From: Octopus bimaculoides
Taxonomy: Eukaryota
DNA: 64,000 bases
Assembly: GCF_001194135.2 (NCBI RefSeq)
Contig: NC_069004.1
Span: 16,559,099 to 16,623,098, forward strand
Direction of reading: 5' to 3'
Positions within the stretch are counted from its first letter, which is position 1, and the number at the start of each line of letters is the position of its first letter. The notes beneath the pieces were generated by a model. The model was not told the DNA's origin and searched no databases. It saw only the letters and a program-made list of their open reading frames with translations. The position numbers and the translations under genes are program-made. Positions 50,397 through 63,496 of this stretch are shown here, piece by piece.

Positions 50397-50435
<39 letters not shown>

Positions 50436-51576
50436 TAGACTACCCATGACCCATTGGTTCACCAATAGTTCAAGGTACCCAAAAAAGCCACGTATCTTAG
50501 GAATCCATGGTCCGATTTACACAAAACTTTTGTTATTCCATGTGTATTCACATTTCAATGTTGCCTTACTTTCGAAGTATTTTTCCCATTATAAGCCGAT
50601 TTGGATATTTATTAAGGTACCCCCAAAAAACCATGTATCTGGGTAACCTGTGGCCCAATTTATGCAAAACTTGTTTTATTCCATTTGTATTCACATGAGC
50701 ATCTGATTCCTGACATCTCCTGCTTTTGTCTCTTTCCTTCTGTTTGGCCAAACACTCAGCTCTCTGAGTGTCCAATTCCTGATCTCTCCTGCTTCTGTCT
50801 CTTTCCCTCTGTTCCGCTAGAAGCTCAGCCCTTGCTTTACCAGTCTCATTGATCCTTCTATTTGCATGCCTATCCTGATCTTGGGTAAATATTTCGTAAA
50901 GGACCCATTTGTATTTTGTTTTGAAATTTTTTTTTTTTTTTTCTTAGTACATCTCGAAACCCACCACAAGCCACTTTCTTCCAGAAAAGGTGGGTTGTAG
51001 GAACCTCGGAGTTTCCTGCCAATGGAGTTTTGTTCCGTGGGCATTTTTTTTCTCTTTTCCAGATTATTTCGCATACTTTCAACGAATGTGACATCAAAAT
51101 CACTCATAAATGCCTCCTTTCCCCAGAAAAGGAAAGATTTGACTGCTATTCCTTGCCCTGCTACCATGTAATAGCTATTTCAGGTCCTTTATTGCAAATA
51201 GCTGTTACATGGTAACAAGGCATGCTAGAAATAGCATCCAAATCTTTCGAGGTGAGATACGTTGAACGCACNNNNNNNNNNCAGGTCTTTTACGAAATAT
51301 TTACCATATTTTTGAACTCATTTGTACTTCAAAATATTTTTCAAATATGCCAAAAAAATTTTTTTGTTATGGTATTCACATGAAAATAATTTTAAAAAAA
51401 GACATGAAAATATTATCTGTTTAAAGAAGGCTAAAATATAAATACTGTACAAACAGCTTACATTCTTGAAATCATATTCCCTTAAAAATATTTCTAGATG
51501 ATTAAAATATTGTGTTTAGCAAAAGCAAAAATGGAAACATTTACTATAAAAAACAACTCGTATTTTTTCATTGTCG

Positions 51577-51654
51577 AGTTACAGTCACTAATGTGTCTAA
51601 TCAGTTACAGTCACTAATGTGTCTAATCAGTTACAGTCACTAATGTGTCTAATC
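51577..51654. repeat. Perfect tandem repeat, 3 x 26 bp (AGTTACAGTCACTAATGTGTCTAATC)
   Basis: Units at 51577, 51603 and 51629; no spacers. Confidence 0.95.
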
Positions 51655-51859
51655 AAAAGGTTAGAGTTTCTCCCCTTTCAGAGTTGTTATTTTTGGAATG
51701 TTTTCCCCCATTATGCACCATTTTTGGTATTTATACACCTCAAAACCCTAATATCTCAGGAACCAGTTGTCCAATTTATGCAAAACTTGTTTCATACCAT
51801 TTGTATTCACATTTCAGTGGTAACCTTAGTTCATAGTATTTACTGTTATGCGCCAGTTT

Positions 51860-52140
51860 GGCTGTGTAACATTGCAAGCAAGATTGAAGATCATTTTTAT
51901 TATATTATAGCATGTTCTGAGGAGGGTGCTTGAGTTTAAGGTAAATGGACCACAAAAGTGAGGTAGACCGAGGAAAACATGGAGGGGACAGGTGGAGGAG
52001 GAGATTGGGAAGGTTGGCTTGAGAAGGGAAGACACCTAAAACCGAGCAAGATGGTGTGAAGGCAGTTGCTATAGCATTGAGGTAGATCCTGCCACCCCCG
52101 TTAACAGGGACAAAAACCCAGATTTAAAACACTGCATTAT
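51860..52140 (+). mobile_element. RTE-type LINE 3' end (different family)
   Basis: GRPRKTWRGQVEEEIGKVGLRREDT*NRARW C-terminal motif. Confidence 0.65.
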
Positions 52141-53183
52141 GATAGATATATATATATAGATACTCACACACACAAACACTTTTACCTAGAGACAAGTAGA
52201 TATCGAAACATAGGCTAAAGACCGCTGGGACATTTTTGATCTTATAGTTGCTCAGTCACAGGTAAATATTTAATTGTATATCTACTTAATGAGGGTGACA
52301 CAGGGCACAGCAACAGCAGTGTTCTCTATTATGTCATCCATCTGTATGGAGATCAACATGTAGTCTCGGAACCTCAGGTTTTAGATCACTTGTCAGGATT
52401 TCTTTGTCAGCAGCCTCTACAAGACAAAGCAGCAGTATATTGGAACCAACAGATACTATGATTTAGTTTAGTCAGCTTTGGTACAAAAACATCACCCAGT
52501 TGTTAGTCTCTGGTATAGTTAACAGAAGCAGAGGTCCCTACACCATCTACCAACTTCCCTATTTGCAACACAGTGTCACCAACATAGATTGATGGTATCC
52601 TATCTACACAGCTTCTGTAATTTTAACAGAATTCATGTGGCTGGATTAATTCAATATAGCTGGACCTGTATCTCCAACCACTGGCACAAGCTCTCTTCAC
52701 TATGCACAGTCAACTGTTATTTTGTGACAGCTTGGACATGTTCTATTCAATACAGGGTTTCTTTGTTTATATCTTGGTTAGATGAAAGAAACTATGAATT
52801 TAAATAAGTATTTTTTTGTTGTATTGACACATCAACTGGTGTGTTGGTTGTTGAGTATGGTGTGTACACATGTGTTGCAACAGACAGGTTTGTAACTCTG
52901 TATGCCTTACATATTTAGTTCTTTAAGTATGGTAGTATGTGAGAGAGCATGGTAGAAGTGTTTTGGCCAGTTTATCATTTGATTTACAGCAAAGACTGGG
53001 CAGTTAGGTACATCTGCAGTGTTGGTGTTTGTAGAAGTTGCATCCTTCCATATAAGATGAAGTTGAACGATGTTAATGGAAGTAAATTTAACAATGGTAT
53101 AGTGTTTCTTGACTCTCATGCTCAAAATAAAAATTCACTTGATTCGTGACATGCCAGGTCTTCTCTGTTTGTGTGTGGGTGTG

Positions 53184-53267
<84 letters not shown>

Positions 53268-54177
53268 TTGAGCAACTTTTGTTTAATGAATCTTTGAAAA
53301 TAATAAGTGAACATTTAACACAATGTTGTAGCTGGAAAAGGAGTGGGGAACTCAGAAACCAGAGCTGCTCTATAGTTTAATGATTGATAAGAATTTCCAT
53401 CTGTTGAAACATTTACATTATTATCTGCCAGGTTTCACACACGAGAGATGTATGTACGTTACAGTTTAAACCACTGACAGAACAAAACCAAAATAATTAA
53501 ATAGAATGCAAGCTAACAGAGGGACAAGACATTTAAGCATCAGCTGTTGTCAACTGGGAAGATTGTGTGTGTGTAATATAAATGTAAAAATAGCTAAATT
53601 TAGAGTATCTCTCTACCACCACATGCAACAAGTCAATGAGAGCCTCTAGGTGGTCATTCTATCTGCTAGAAATAGTAGCTGAATCCTTCATCAGCTATGA
53701 TACCATCTTTAAAACTGAAGGACGTTCTAGATAATATAGTTTTGGATAAATTGCCTGAAAATAAAACAGGATGATTGTGGCTGAAATGTTTTCGTTATTA
53801 GTATGTTTGATCTGGTCTGACCTGTAGCTAAACAGCAAACGGAGTGAATGAAGGAGCATTTACAGGGTCATTGAACCTGCTAGAAATAGAAACCAGATCA
53901 CCTGATCATCTTAAGAGACAGGATACATTGAAACAACAAGTGGAAAATATTAAAATCATTATTTGCCAACATAATGTTAGGATGAATGTTACTGTTATTT
54001 AACCCGAGGAAACATCTTGGGGCCAAATAATGTTGGTAAATAATCTTTACTTTAAAGTACTGTTAGTGAGTGTTTCTTGTTCAGAGATTTATAAATAATA
54101 ATTTTTCTGTTTATTAGAATTATTGATATAGTTAAAGGAAGAAAACCTAAAATTTCTTTTTTGTTCTTTATTTCCAG

Positions 54178-54546
54178 GATATTCTGACGGTCAGACATCA
54201 GTTGTAGGAAACAAAGCTGTTGGTGTGATGGGCCAAGGCCAGTTAGCAACCAGTGTAGCTGGTGTTGTACCTTCATACAGTCCCGATGTAAATCTTCCTC
54301 CTCTTCCTCCTCCTCCTCCTCCTCCTCCTCCTCCTCAGCAACAGCAACAACAAGCTCTTTCAATGCAGGATATAAGTAATTACCAGCACTTAACTCATCC
54401 TAACATTAACCTGGCTGTTACTGCAGCTGCAACTCAGCAGTCACCACAACAACAGCCACCACCACCTCCACCACCTCCTCCTTTTAGCCAGGCTGGTTCT
54501 CCTTATGGACAGGCATCACCTCAGCTGTCACAGGCACCATCTCAAG
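54178..54546 (+). CDS. NCOA: NCOA exon, poly-P/poly-Q region
   Basis: ttccag|GA...CAAG|gtgagt; 369 nt, phase 1-1. Confidence 0.88.
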
Positions 54547-55747
54547 GTGAGTTGATTTATGATCATTATTGTGATGAATGCTGAATTTACAGTACTGTTA
54601 TAGTACTTGTTAAGTTCTAAGTTCAAATCCCAGTCAAGTATCAGGGTTGATTTCATCAGTTAGGCCCTCCCACAGTTTTGTAACTGTGCTTATGTCAGAA
54701 ATTATTGTGGTGAATGCTTTACACTAGTTGTATCTCCTTTTCTGTATTTCTGTATCCCTCTTCAAATCTTACTAGAGTCAGTTAGTACCAGTAATAGACA
54801 AGACATAATTCATTACCCACTTATAAAAGCTGGTCTTAGCTTGCTTGTTAGCACTATCGACCACTAAATTATTTAACTTAATGCTCCCATTACTTTGTGA
54901 CAGAGAGAGAGAGAAACAAGTTTTGTTCAGATAAACACTACCCCAATTCAACTGTCTTCATAGTCATTACGTTGTATCCCTCAGTAAAGCACATAATTCT
55001 ATTTAGTCTAGTTTTCCTGACTGTCAAAAAACTGGCTCTACTCTTATTTCAGTATTAAGAAAGTAGAAAGTACATGAAAAGTAATTTTTTGAAAATATAT
55101 ATATAATACTTCTTTGAAATTTTTTAATTTGAATGGTTAATATTTTTGAAAAGGCATGACTTCATGCCTTTTTTTCTACTTCTAACTTATCAGTCGAATG
55201 AGGGAGCCAATGCAGACATTTCACCTGCTTAATCAGGGCTGCCTTGATATCATAAATCTCAGGCTTTATGCCATGTGTAACAAAAAACATATCAGTATTA
55301 ACGATTTTTAATAAATCAATACCAAATATCTTCATTCCTAATTGATGAGTTGAAACTTTGCCATTGACATTACATTGTTCCCAAGTGAGATTTAACTGCT
55401 ATTTTGAGCAGGTCTAGTAGCCATGTATAAGGTTGCTTGATAGCTTGTATTGTCACTCATTAATTGCACAATACATTAACTAGTAGCAAGGTTTCAGATT
55501 TTGACCTGTGATCATAGCTTATCTTGTACCCAGGGCTTCATTTTTAAATATTTGTTTTCATTCACTTAACACTCTGAAACCATGCACTATGCTTTAAAAA
55601 GTATCTCGATGATTACAAAACATTAATATTTTTATCTTAACTCATTGATGCAATACTGTTTTGTAATTCTGATTCTTGGTGTGTACGTATGTGTATGCAG
55701 ATTTATTTATACAAATGAGACATTGACATGTGTTGTTGGTTCTGCAG

Positions 55748-55959
55748 TGCAATTGCGAACTGGGAATCTTTCGGCCCAAGGTCCTCGTTCCATGGCTCCT
55801 GCCATCACTGTGGCTAGTAGACAGGCAATAACAGAGCAACAGCAAAAGATAAACCGAATAAGAAAGAGACAGCGGATGCAGGATGAACAACAACACTTTT
55901 TAACAAAGCAACAGTCACCAGTTTCTTTTCCACAGATGTTTGGGCCAAGATTTCCACAA
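55748..55959 (+). CDS. NCOA: NCOA exon, Q/R-rich (VQLRTGNLSAQGPR...KINRIRKRQRMQDEQQHFL...FPQ)
   Basis: ctgcag|TG...CAA|gtaagt; 212 nt, phase 1-0; no further exon recognised before the window end. Confidence 0.85.
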
Positions 55960-56433
55960 GTAAGTTTCATTTCCATACTTTTTATTCATTTATCAAGACA
56001 CTAATTACATTTGAATTGGTTTATGAATTATCTCTGTATTTCTGTGTTTGTAACTGACTCTTTCTGTAGGAACATATGTGGTGCCCTCAGATTTTGTGTA
56101 AATGACACTAGTTTGAGTATATCAGTTAATTTTAGATATTTACACATATCCAACCTATTTCATTGTGGTAAAAAAGATGTCACGCCTCTATATAGACACA
56201 CACAATATATGAAAGATATAAGTATATATAAAACCATGTCATCAGATGACAAAGGAGCTTCATAAGTGATGAAACTTTTGGCTGAGCTAAAATGGTTCAA
56301 CCCATAGAAGCATGAGAGAAAAGAATGCATATGTATGAATAAACACTATTTATTCATACATATGTATTGTGTTTGTGTTATATATCTAAGAAACTGGAAA
56401 CTGGAATTTTTTTCGTGTTATTTACTCACCATT

Positions 56434-56775
56434 AGGTGTGGCTGTGTGGTAAGAAGCTTGCTTCCGAACCACATGGTCTTAGGTTCAGTCCCACTGCATG
56501 ACACCTGGGGCAAGTACCTTCTACTATAGCCTTGGGCCAACCAAATCCTTGTGAGTGGATTTGGTAGATGTCTGTGTTTGTCCCCTACCACTACTTGACA
56601 ACCAGTGTTATTTGTTTACCTCCTCGTAATTTAGCAGATCGGCAAAAAAGATCAGTAGAATAAGTATCAAGCTTTTTAAAAATAAAAAGTACTGCGGTCG
56701 ATTCATTCAACTAAAAGTTCTTCAGGTGGTGCCCCAGCATGATGACAAAGTGTTACATTTTACATTGACAAGTAA
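56434..56775 (+). mobile_element. SINE family A copy
   Basis: GTGTGGCTGTGTGGTAAGAAGC...GGTTCAGTCCCAC...GGGGCAAGT... Confidence 0.8.
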
Positions 56776-56829
56776 AGAATTTCCTATTAGAAATTCTGCA
56801 GACAGTAATTCATCATCATCAATATCATT

Positions 56830-57272
56830 ATTATTATTTATGATAATAATGATTTCAAATTTTGGCACAAGGCCAGTGATTTTGGGGGTGGGGGTATGTC
56901 GATTACAATGGGCCCCGGAAGGGTGAAAAGCAAAATCAACCTTGGTAGAATTTGAACTCAGAGCATAAAGACAGACAAAATACTGCTAAGCATTTTGACC
57001 AGTGTGCTAACAATTCTGCCAGCTCATCGCCTTAGTAATAATAACAATTATTATTTCCCCTCTAGGCATAAAGCCTTGAAAATTTTTGAGGAAGGGGGAT
57101 AGTCAATTACATTGACCCCAGTGTGGAACTGGTACTTATTTCATTGACGCTGAAAGGATGAAAGGCAAAGTCAACCTCAACAAAATTTGAAGTCAGAAAG
57201 TAGCAGCAGACAAAATGCCACTAAGCATTTCGCCCGGTGTGCTAACAATTCTGCCAGCTTGCTGCCTTAGTA
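56830..57272 (-). mobile_element. Two head-to-tail SINE family C copies
   Basis: Copies at about 56830-57035 and 57050-57272, each starting ACTAAGG...AGCTGGCAGAATTGTTAGCAC on the minus strand. Confidence 0.8.
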
Positions 57273-57837
57273 GTAATAATAATAATGAATTTCTTTGTGT
57301 GAAGAATTTCTAACCAGAAATTCCTTACATATCTATATAACATGTAAAACTTTGTAATTCCTATTAGAAAATAAAACACATGTGATGGTGAATAAATAAT
57401 ACTAAAAACATTCCAAATTTCCTGTTTTGTTATACAATAAAAGCACCATTCAAGCATGGCCGATGCCAGTGTTGCCTGACTGGCACCTGTGCCAGTGACA
57501 TGTAAAAAGCACTCACTACACTCTGAGTGGTTGGCATTAGGAAGGGCATCCAGCAGTAGAAACCTTGCCAAATCAGATTGGAGCCTGGTGCAGCCTCCCA
57601 GCTTGCCAGTTCTATGTTAAACCATCCAACCTATGCCAGCATGGAAAGTGGACATTAAATAACAATGATGATGATGATGATGAATAACTCCGCAAATAAT
57701 ATTTCCATAATTCTCAATTTTAACATGCATTTTGAACTAATATACAGCAGCAACTGAGACTATGTACTGGATTGTAATATGTGCTTCAAGAGGAAATGAC
57801 TGGGATTTATCCTAACTACCTACATAATATACATACA

Positions 57838-57905
<68 letters not shown>

Positions 57906-58141
57906 TCATTGCATACAGACTGCAGTGGAGGACTTGACACCTTTTTATATAGTTTGGATTTGTTTATGGTACAGTATAACTTCAATCAGCTCCTGAATGG
58001 TCTTAGGCATGTGTGATATACATACATGCAAATGCACAGACAAATGGAGATGACAAAGGCTAAATGGATCTGTAATAGGGATCAAAAACGAAATCAAACT
58101 CAAGAGATCAACTGGTTATCTCTCTTTCTCTTTCTCTCTTT

Positions 58142-58209
<68 letters not shown>

Positions 58210-58899
58210 CACCCCTTCCTTGCTTTACTATGTTCCAGTAAATATCACATTTTTAGATAATCATTTGGTTGGTATTGCACCTTCAGAAACTCATTTTATA
58301 TTATACTTTCACACACAAGCATTTGCTGTCATGGCTTCCCAGAGAAGTATTTCATATACTTTCATGACTGACATTTATAGGCAAATATGTCTGATTAAAG
58401 AGGTTCTCACACGCACACATACGCACATAAAATCATTTATTCAGTTAACAGTTTTCCAAACCCTTACCAGCATCAGTTTGAATAGATTTATGAGGCAGAA
58501 TTTCATGGCTAGATGCTTTTCCTGTCACCAAGGAATATCAACTTGAAGACTGCATTGCTCTAACACTTATAAATGTAAAGGTATAAACATTGATGCACAT
58601 TTATGTGCATGTGCACACACAACAGGTTTTCTGCAGTTTCAATCTACCAAATTCCTTCACACATCATCGTTTAGCCCAGGGGGCTTGGGTAAACATCATC
58701 GTTTACCCAAGTTGCTGTGCAGTGAGGCTGCGCTTGAAACCATGTGGTTGTAATGTAAACTTCCTAACCACAGAGTTATGTTTTTGATTATTTATTTTTG
58801 TCCAAAAGGGCTTTTAACCTAATATTTGTTATTTTTATCTACTTCAAGATCTACAATTAACAGTGTGTGCGTCATCATCATCATCGTTTAACTTTGTGT

Positions 58900-60420
58900 A
58901 TTGGTGCTGGATTGCTCCGAGTTCCACAATTTGTTTCACACTCTCTGGGGACCATAGTTGGGAGTAGGAGGGCCTCCCTTTTCCTGCTTCTGAATGTCCT
59001 CAGAATCCAGCCAGCCACTCACCTGCACAGTATTGCCATCTTGGTAATATGCACATGGAATGTTGCATCATTGTTCATGTGAACCTCTAGGTCATGCACC
59101 AACTTTGATTCTGGAATCATACTACCTTCTGGTCCAGTGTATTCTGATTTTAGCCTGGTGTTGGACCGATAGTGGAGTGCCTGAAACTTCATAGCATTGA
59201 ATTGCATGTTATTTTTGTTGGCCCATTTGTAGATTTCATTCAGGTCTTTCTGTAGTTTTATGATATCCTCTGGGTTCCTAACTGCCTGCAATACTTTTGT
59301 GTCATCAGCATAACTGGTCAGATTGGCTGACTGTACCGCAGAGGGCATGTCTGAGTGGGACACCACAAATAGTAGTGGCCCCAGTACAGTTCCCTGTGGG
59401 ACTCTGCTGAGAATTGGCTACAACTGTCTGACTCCTGCCCTTCAGAGTGAGCACCAATGGCTACTGCTATCCTTCAGAAAATTATGCAGCCACTCTCCCA
59501 GTTTCCCGGTAATACTAAAGTTTTGCATCTTGTGACATGATCAACCTTAATCAATCTTGTCAAAAGCCTTAGCAAAGTCGAGGTATATTATATCTACAGC
59601 TCACTAGTTTAGCTGTTGCTCCAGTACCCAGTCAAAGTGCTGCAGCAACTGAATAAGGCAGCTCCTCCCTGGACAGAAGCCATATGCGTGTTTGTGAGAA
59701 GGTTGTTTTCTTCTAGGAACGGGATCAGCCTTTTTCTGACAATGCATTCCATTGCCTTGCTAACATGTGAGGTCAGAGAGATAGGCCTGTAGTCTTTAGC
59801 ATCTGCTCTGCTCCCTTCTTTATGGACAGAGCATATTATACACTCTTTTAGCATGTTGGGAAATTTACCATCTGCAAGGAAACTCTGAAAGGGTATCTGC
59901 AGTGGCTTTTACAAGAGCCTTTTTGCATGTCTTTAAGAGAACAGCCGGGAGTCCATCTGGGCCTGTTGCTGAGTTTGATCTCATCTCATCAGTGGCTGAT
60001 ATTACATCTTCTTCTGTTATGTTGATGTAATCGATGGTTGCCTCTTTTCCGAATAGATTCGTTACATTGAAAAACTCCTTCGGCTTCTTTGCATATTTTC
60101 CAGTGGAGAAGTGAAAACATTTCGGAATTGTTTTAGTGCTTCACTTATCTTTCCTGAGTCTGCAGTTAGTGAGCCGTTTTTACCAAGTAGTGGCCCTACA
60201 TTATAGTGTACTGAGGCAGACACCTCTTTTGTGGAACTTGCAGATAGACCGCTTTCTCTGAGAGAGTTTGATTTGGATTTTTATTTTAGAACCATTTTCA
60301 TTTGGCTTTTGTCTGGTTTCTTCTTTCTCTACTTCTTCATTGTTGCTTTTGGAGGTGTTGGAACTGTGGTTGTTCGCATTTTTCTCGTTTCCTTCCTTGT
60401 TGAGATTTATTTTGGTACAG
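58900..60420 (-). mobile_element. CR1-group LINE fragment (RT plus possible ORF1 piece)
   Basis: ATGPDG, YRPISLTSHVSK, QGTVLGPLLF and YADDTK; upstream ICKFHKRGVC zinc-finger-like start. Confidence 0.85.
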
Positions 60421-60585
60421 TACATGCAGATGGGTTTTATCATTATGCAGTGGCAAAAAAAAAAAGGATTCGAATGAATGAATACTCTGTTATTGCCAAA
60501 ACATTGAGCTGCCTATTAATTTGACACACACTGTGTATATGTGTGCATGTGTGTGTAGATATATATGTGTGTGTATATATGTATG

Positions 60586-60649
<64 letters not shown>

Positions 60650-60859
60650 TGTATTACCTATTTATCCGTATGAATTTATCTTCGTCCTGTAATAGATTTT
60701 TCCGTAGATATCTAATGTCTTTTCCTCATATGTTATTTATGAATTTTTTAAAGCAATGTGTAAGTATCAAAGTATGTAAAGAAATAATATCAGATTAATT
60801 TCTTAAACAAAGTTTAATAAATTTCATCAACAAAATGAAATGCAGATTGGATGTTAAAA

Positions 60860-61710
60860 TGGATTATGCTTTTATCTCATATTCCCAGACAATTGTTTTG
60901 GAGAAAAGGACCAAAATTTCCATCAAGAGAACATCATTAAGGTCAAATTTGTACTTTTCAGTAGGTGAGATTTGAAGTAAAATGAAAAAAATACGTCTAA
61001 AATAAACATAGACCGGAAGGTTCTTAAGATCCAGGAGCTCATCCTACAAGCTATATCGACCTTATTGTTGATGTGGGCACTCCAACTGAGATTGTTATCA
61101 ACAATTACACCTAGGTCTCTGATATTGTTTCTGTGAGCGGTTCCCTTGAAGGAAGAGAGTATGGCTGTTTTAGTATAGTCTTTCTCCCAAAATGCATCAG
61201 CTTAAATTTTCCCTCGTTTAGTTGCATTTTGTTTTTGTCTGCCCATTGACTCACAGCATATAGATCAGGCTGGAATTGAGTTCGGTCTTCTTCTTCATTG
61301 ATGATTTGCTGGAGCTTAGTGTCATCAGCAAATATTTTCATTTTGCAGTGATTTACGATGCTAGAAAGGTCGTTTATGTAGATTATAAAGAGGAGCGGGC
61401 CCAAGACAGTCCCCTGAGGGACACCACTGGTGACTTTTGCTGGGGTTGAGTGAACTCCATTGACCACTACATGTGTTCTATTCGCCAGGAAATACTTAAT
61501 CCAGTGTAGAAGTTTTCCACGGATTCCAACATTTGCCAATTTTGAGAGTAAGATATTATGGTCAACCCTATTGAATGCTTTACTGAAGTCAAGATATATG
61601 ACATCAGAGTTTCCAAGGCTTTAAGTATATCTTCAATATGGTGTAAGAGCCACAGCAAAAATCTCGTTGATTTGCATTTAGGAGTTTGTGGATCTCCAGG
61701 AAGCCACTAT
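60860..61710 (-). mobile_element. Second CR1-group LINE RT fragment
   Basis: ORF 61111-61539: GIRGKLLHWI..FL.NR...SGVPQGTVLGPLLFIIYIND...FADDTK. Confidence 0.88.
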
Positions 61711-61817
61711 CCTTGATCTTACCACTCGTGTATGTGTATATATATATATATATGTGTGTGTGTGTATAGCTATACATATATATAGATAGATGTATATATA
61801 CTTATATATGTGTGCAC

Positions 61818-61878
<61 letters not shown>

Positions 61879-61924
61879 CATGTATATGAATATATGTATA
61901 TGTGTGCATGTACATGTATGTATG

Positions 61925-61959
<35 letters not shown>

Positions 61960-61961
<2 letters not shown>

Positions 61962-62566
61962 TCGCTTCATGTCCACTTTCCATGCTAGCATGGCTTGGAT
62001 TATTTGACTGAGGACTGGCAAACCAGATGGCTGCACCAGGCTCCAATCTGATCTGGCAGAGTTTCTACAAGTGCCAGTAAGGCAACGCAGGTAACGATCA
62101 CGCTCAAATGGTGCTTTTCACATGCCACCGGCACGGGAGCCAGACAACTGCTCTGGCAATGATTACACTTGGATGGTGCTGTTAACGCTCCACTGGCACT
62201 GGTGCCAGTCATTAAATTTGGTTCAATTTCGATTTCACTTGCCCCAACAGGTCTTCACAAGCAGAGTTTAGTGTCCAGTGAAGGAAAGGTTGGCATGGGT
62301 GCCAGTCATCAAGTTTGGTTCAGTTTTGATTTCACTTGCTTCAACAGGTCTTCGCAAGCAGAGTTTAGTGTCCAAACAAGGAAAGGTATGCATAAGTGGG
62401 CTGGCAGAGGCCACGGGTTATGGTCTTACTTGCCTTGCTGGGTCTTCTCACGCACAGCATATTTCCAAAGGTCTCCGTCACAAGTCATTGCCTCAGTGAT
62501 GCCTAATGTTCAAAGGTCATGCTTCACCACCTCATCCCAGGTCTTCCTGGGTCTACCTCTTCCACA
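61960..62566 (-). mobile_element. RTE LINE 3' end with tandemly duplicated ~95-bp UTR module
   Basis: Minus frame GRGRPRKTWDEVVKHDL*TLGITEAMT followed by the common tail; module repeated at about 62192 and 62299. Confidence 0.8.
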
Positions 62567-63121
62567 TATATGTATATGTATGTATATTCGTATAGATCTA
62601 TGTATATACATATAGATCTAGAGACACATATAGCCATGCATACATATATATATATATACACACATATATACATAGATATACATATAAATCTATACATACA
62701 TACACATCTGCCATGACTTCCACTTCACACGCCAGCTTAACTTAACTTGTCCTTTTTAAGTTGAAAAACACCTGTTCTTGTTGCGTGTATTTGTAATAGT
62801 GTAACGTTTTCTCCGTTTTCTCTCTCTTTTTTCTCTTTTTTTTTTGCTCCTTGTCGGCCACATTCACCTGCTTTCTTCCAAAAATTTAATGCCTTTAGCT
62901 TAGATTTTTGGGGCCTACCAATTTTGAACAGTCTCAGGTATAACAGGCCGAAAGTGTTGTGATAATTGGAAGCTTCACTGATGAATAGAAAGCCATGAAT
63001 GTTCCGTCCTTGTATTGTCCATCTGTCTGTGTGTTTTCATTTTTGTCCGTATCATTCTAGTTCCGTTTTTGGGGTTTATATATATATATGTCTGTGTGTG
63101 TGCGTGCAGATGTATACAAGC

Positions 63122-63166
<45 letters not shown>

Positions 63167-63229
63167 GGCACATAATAATGTGTGTGTATGCATGTATATA
63201 TGTGAGGTAATAGTGAAAGTATTAACCTA

Positions 63230-63455
63230 AGCATTATCTCGCATTATAATAGAAATGTTTTCTTTCGCTTTTGACAATACTGAAATAGTGTAACGGATAA
63301 GAGATTGCTCTGGGCTCACATTAGGGAAGAAGTTGAAAATTTTTTAGGCCCATGTGTAAAATTTGAATGAAATTGGTTGGTAGTTCTTGAGTTTTAGTGA
63401 TGCACACATGTAGACAAACATACTGACAGACAGACACATTCTCTGTTTTATATAT
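63230..63455 (-). mobile_element. Helitron 5' fragment (same family as the 10.7 kb and 13.1 kb copies)
   Basis: GAGATTGCTCTGGGCT...GTAAAATTTGAATGAAATTGG...ACAGACAGACACATTCTC shared with 15640-15830 and 11700-11929. Confidence 0.75.
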
Positions 63456-63496
63456 ATATCAATGTGTGTGTGTGTATGTGTATATATATATATAGT

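Larger units (their letters stand above)
50435..52160 (-). mobile_element. Putative non-autonomous Helitron-like composite element
   Basis: A|CTAG at 50434-50438 with a degenerate hairpin; possible A|TC 5' end at 52160; a ~55-bp module recurs at about 50505, 50650 and 51766. Confidence 0.4.
2312..55959 (+). other. NCOA: p160/SRC nuclear receptor coactivator gene (NCOA1/2/3 and taiman co-ortholog), partial: 11 coding exons, both gene ends outside the window
   Basis: Exons join in frame through GT-AG sites (3752 nt). PAS-A motifs KTFFCRMLIKP and QSCLLCIARR...FTTKQDLNGKI resemble vertebrate NCOA (HTFNCRML; QSCLICVARR...FTTRQDLQGKI). PAS-B, five LxxLL boxes and a CBP-binding-like segment follow in the p160 order. 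Confidence 0.93.

Noticed and set aside
51577-51654. CRISPR-like short repeat array
   Set aside because: The three 26-bp units are directly adjacent with no spacers, there are no cas genes, and the context is a eukaryotic intron; it is a minisatellite
52200-53150. Possible highly decayed R4/Dong RT remnant on the minus strand
   Set aside because: Only loose motif echoes are visible by eye; a translated search against a repeat protein library is needed
54052-54363. Minus-strand poly-E ORF (and other antisense ORFs over exons, e.g. 46643-46864 and 55707-55976)
   Set aside because: These are antisense shadows of NCOA coding exons
1615-57272. Idea that SINE-C is mobilised by the TAA-targeting Dong/R4 element
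   Set aside because: The Dong remnant abuts (TAA)n on its sense strand, whereas SINE-C abuts (TTA)n on its sense strand (opposite polarity), and no shared 3' end is visible
62975-63010. Second hammerhead-like motif CTGATGA...GAATGTT
   Set aside because: Stem II is imperfect, GAAAC is broken, and the flanks (TTCA versus CCGT) cannot form stem I; at most a decayed Penelope terminus
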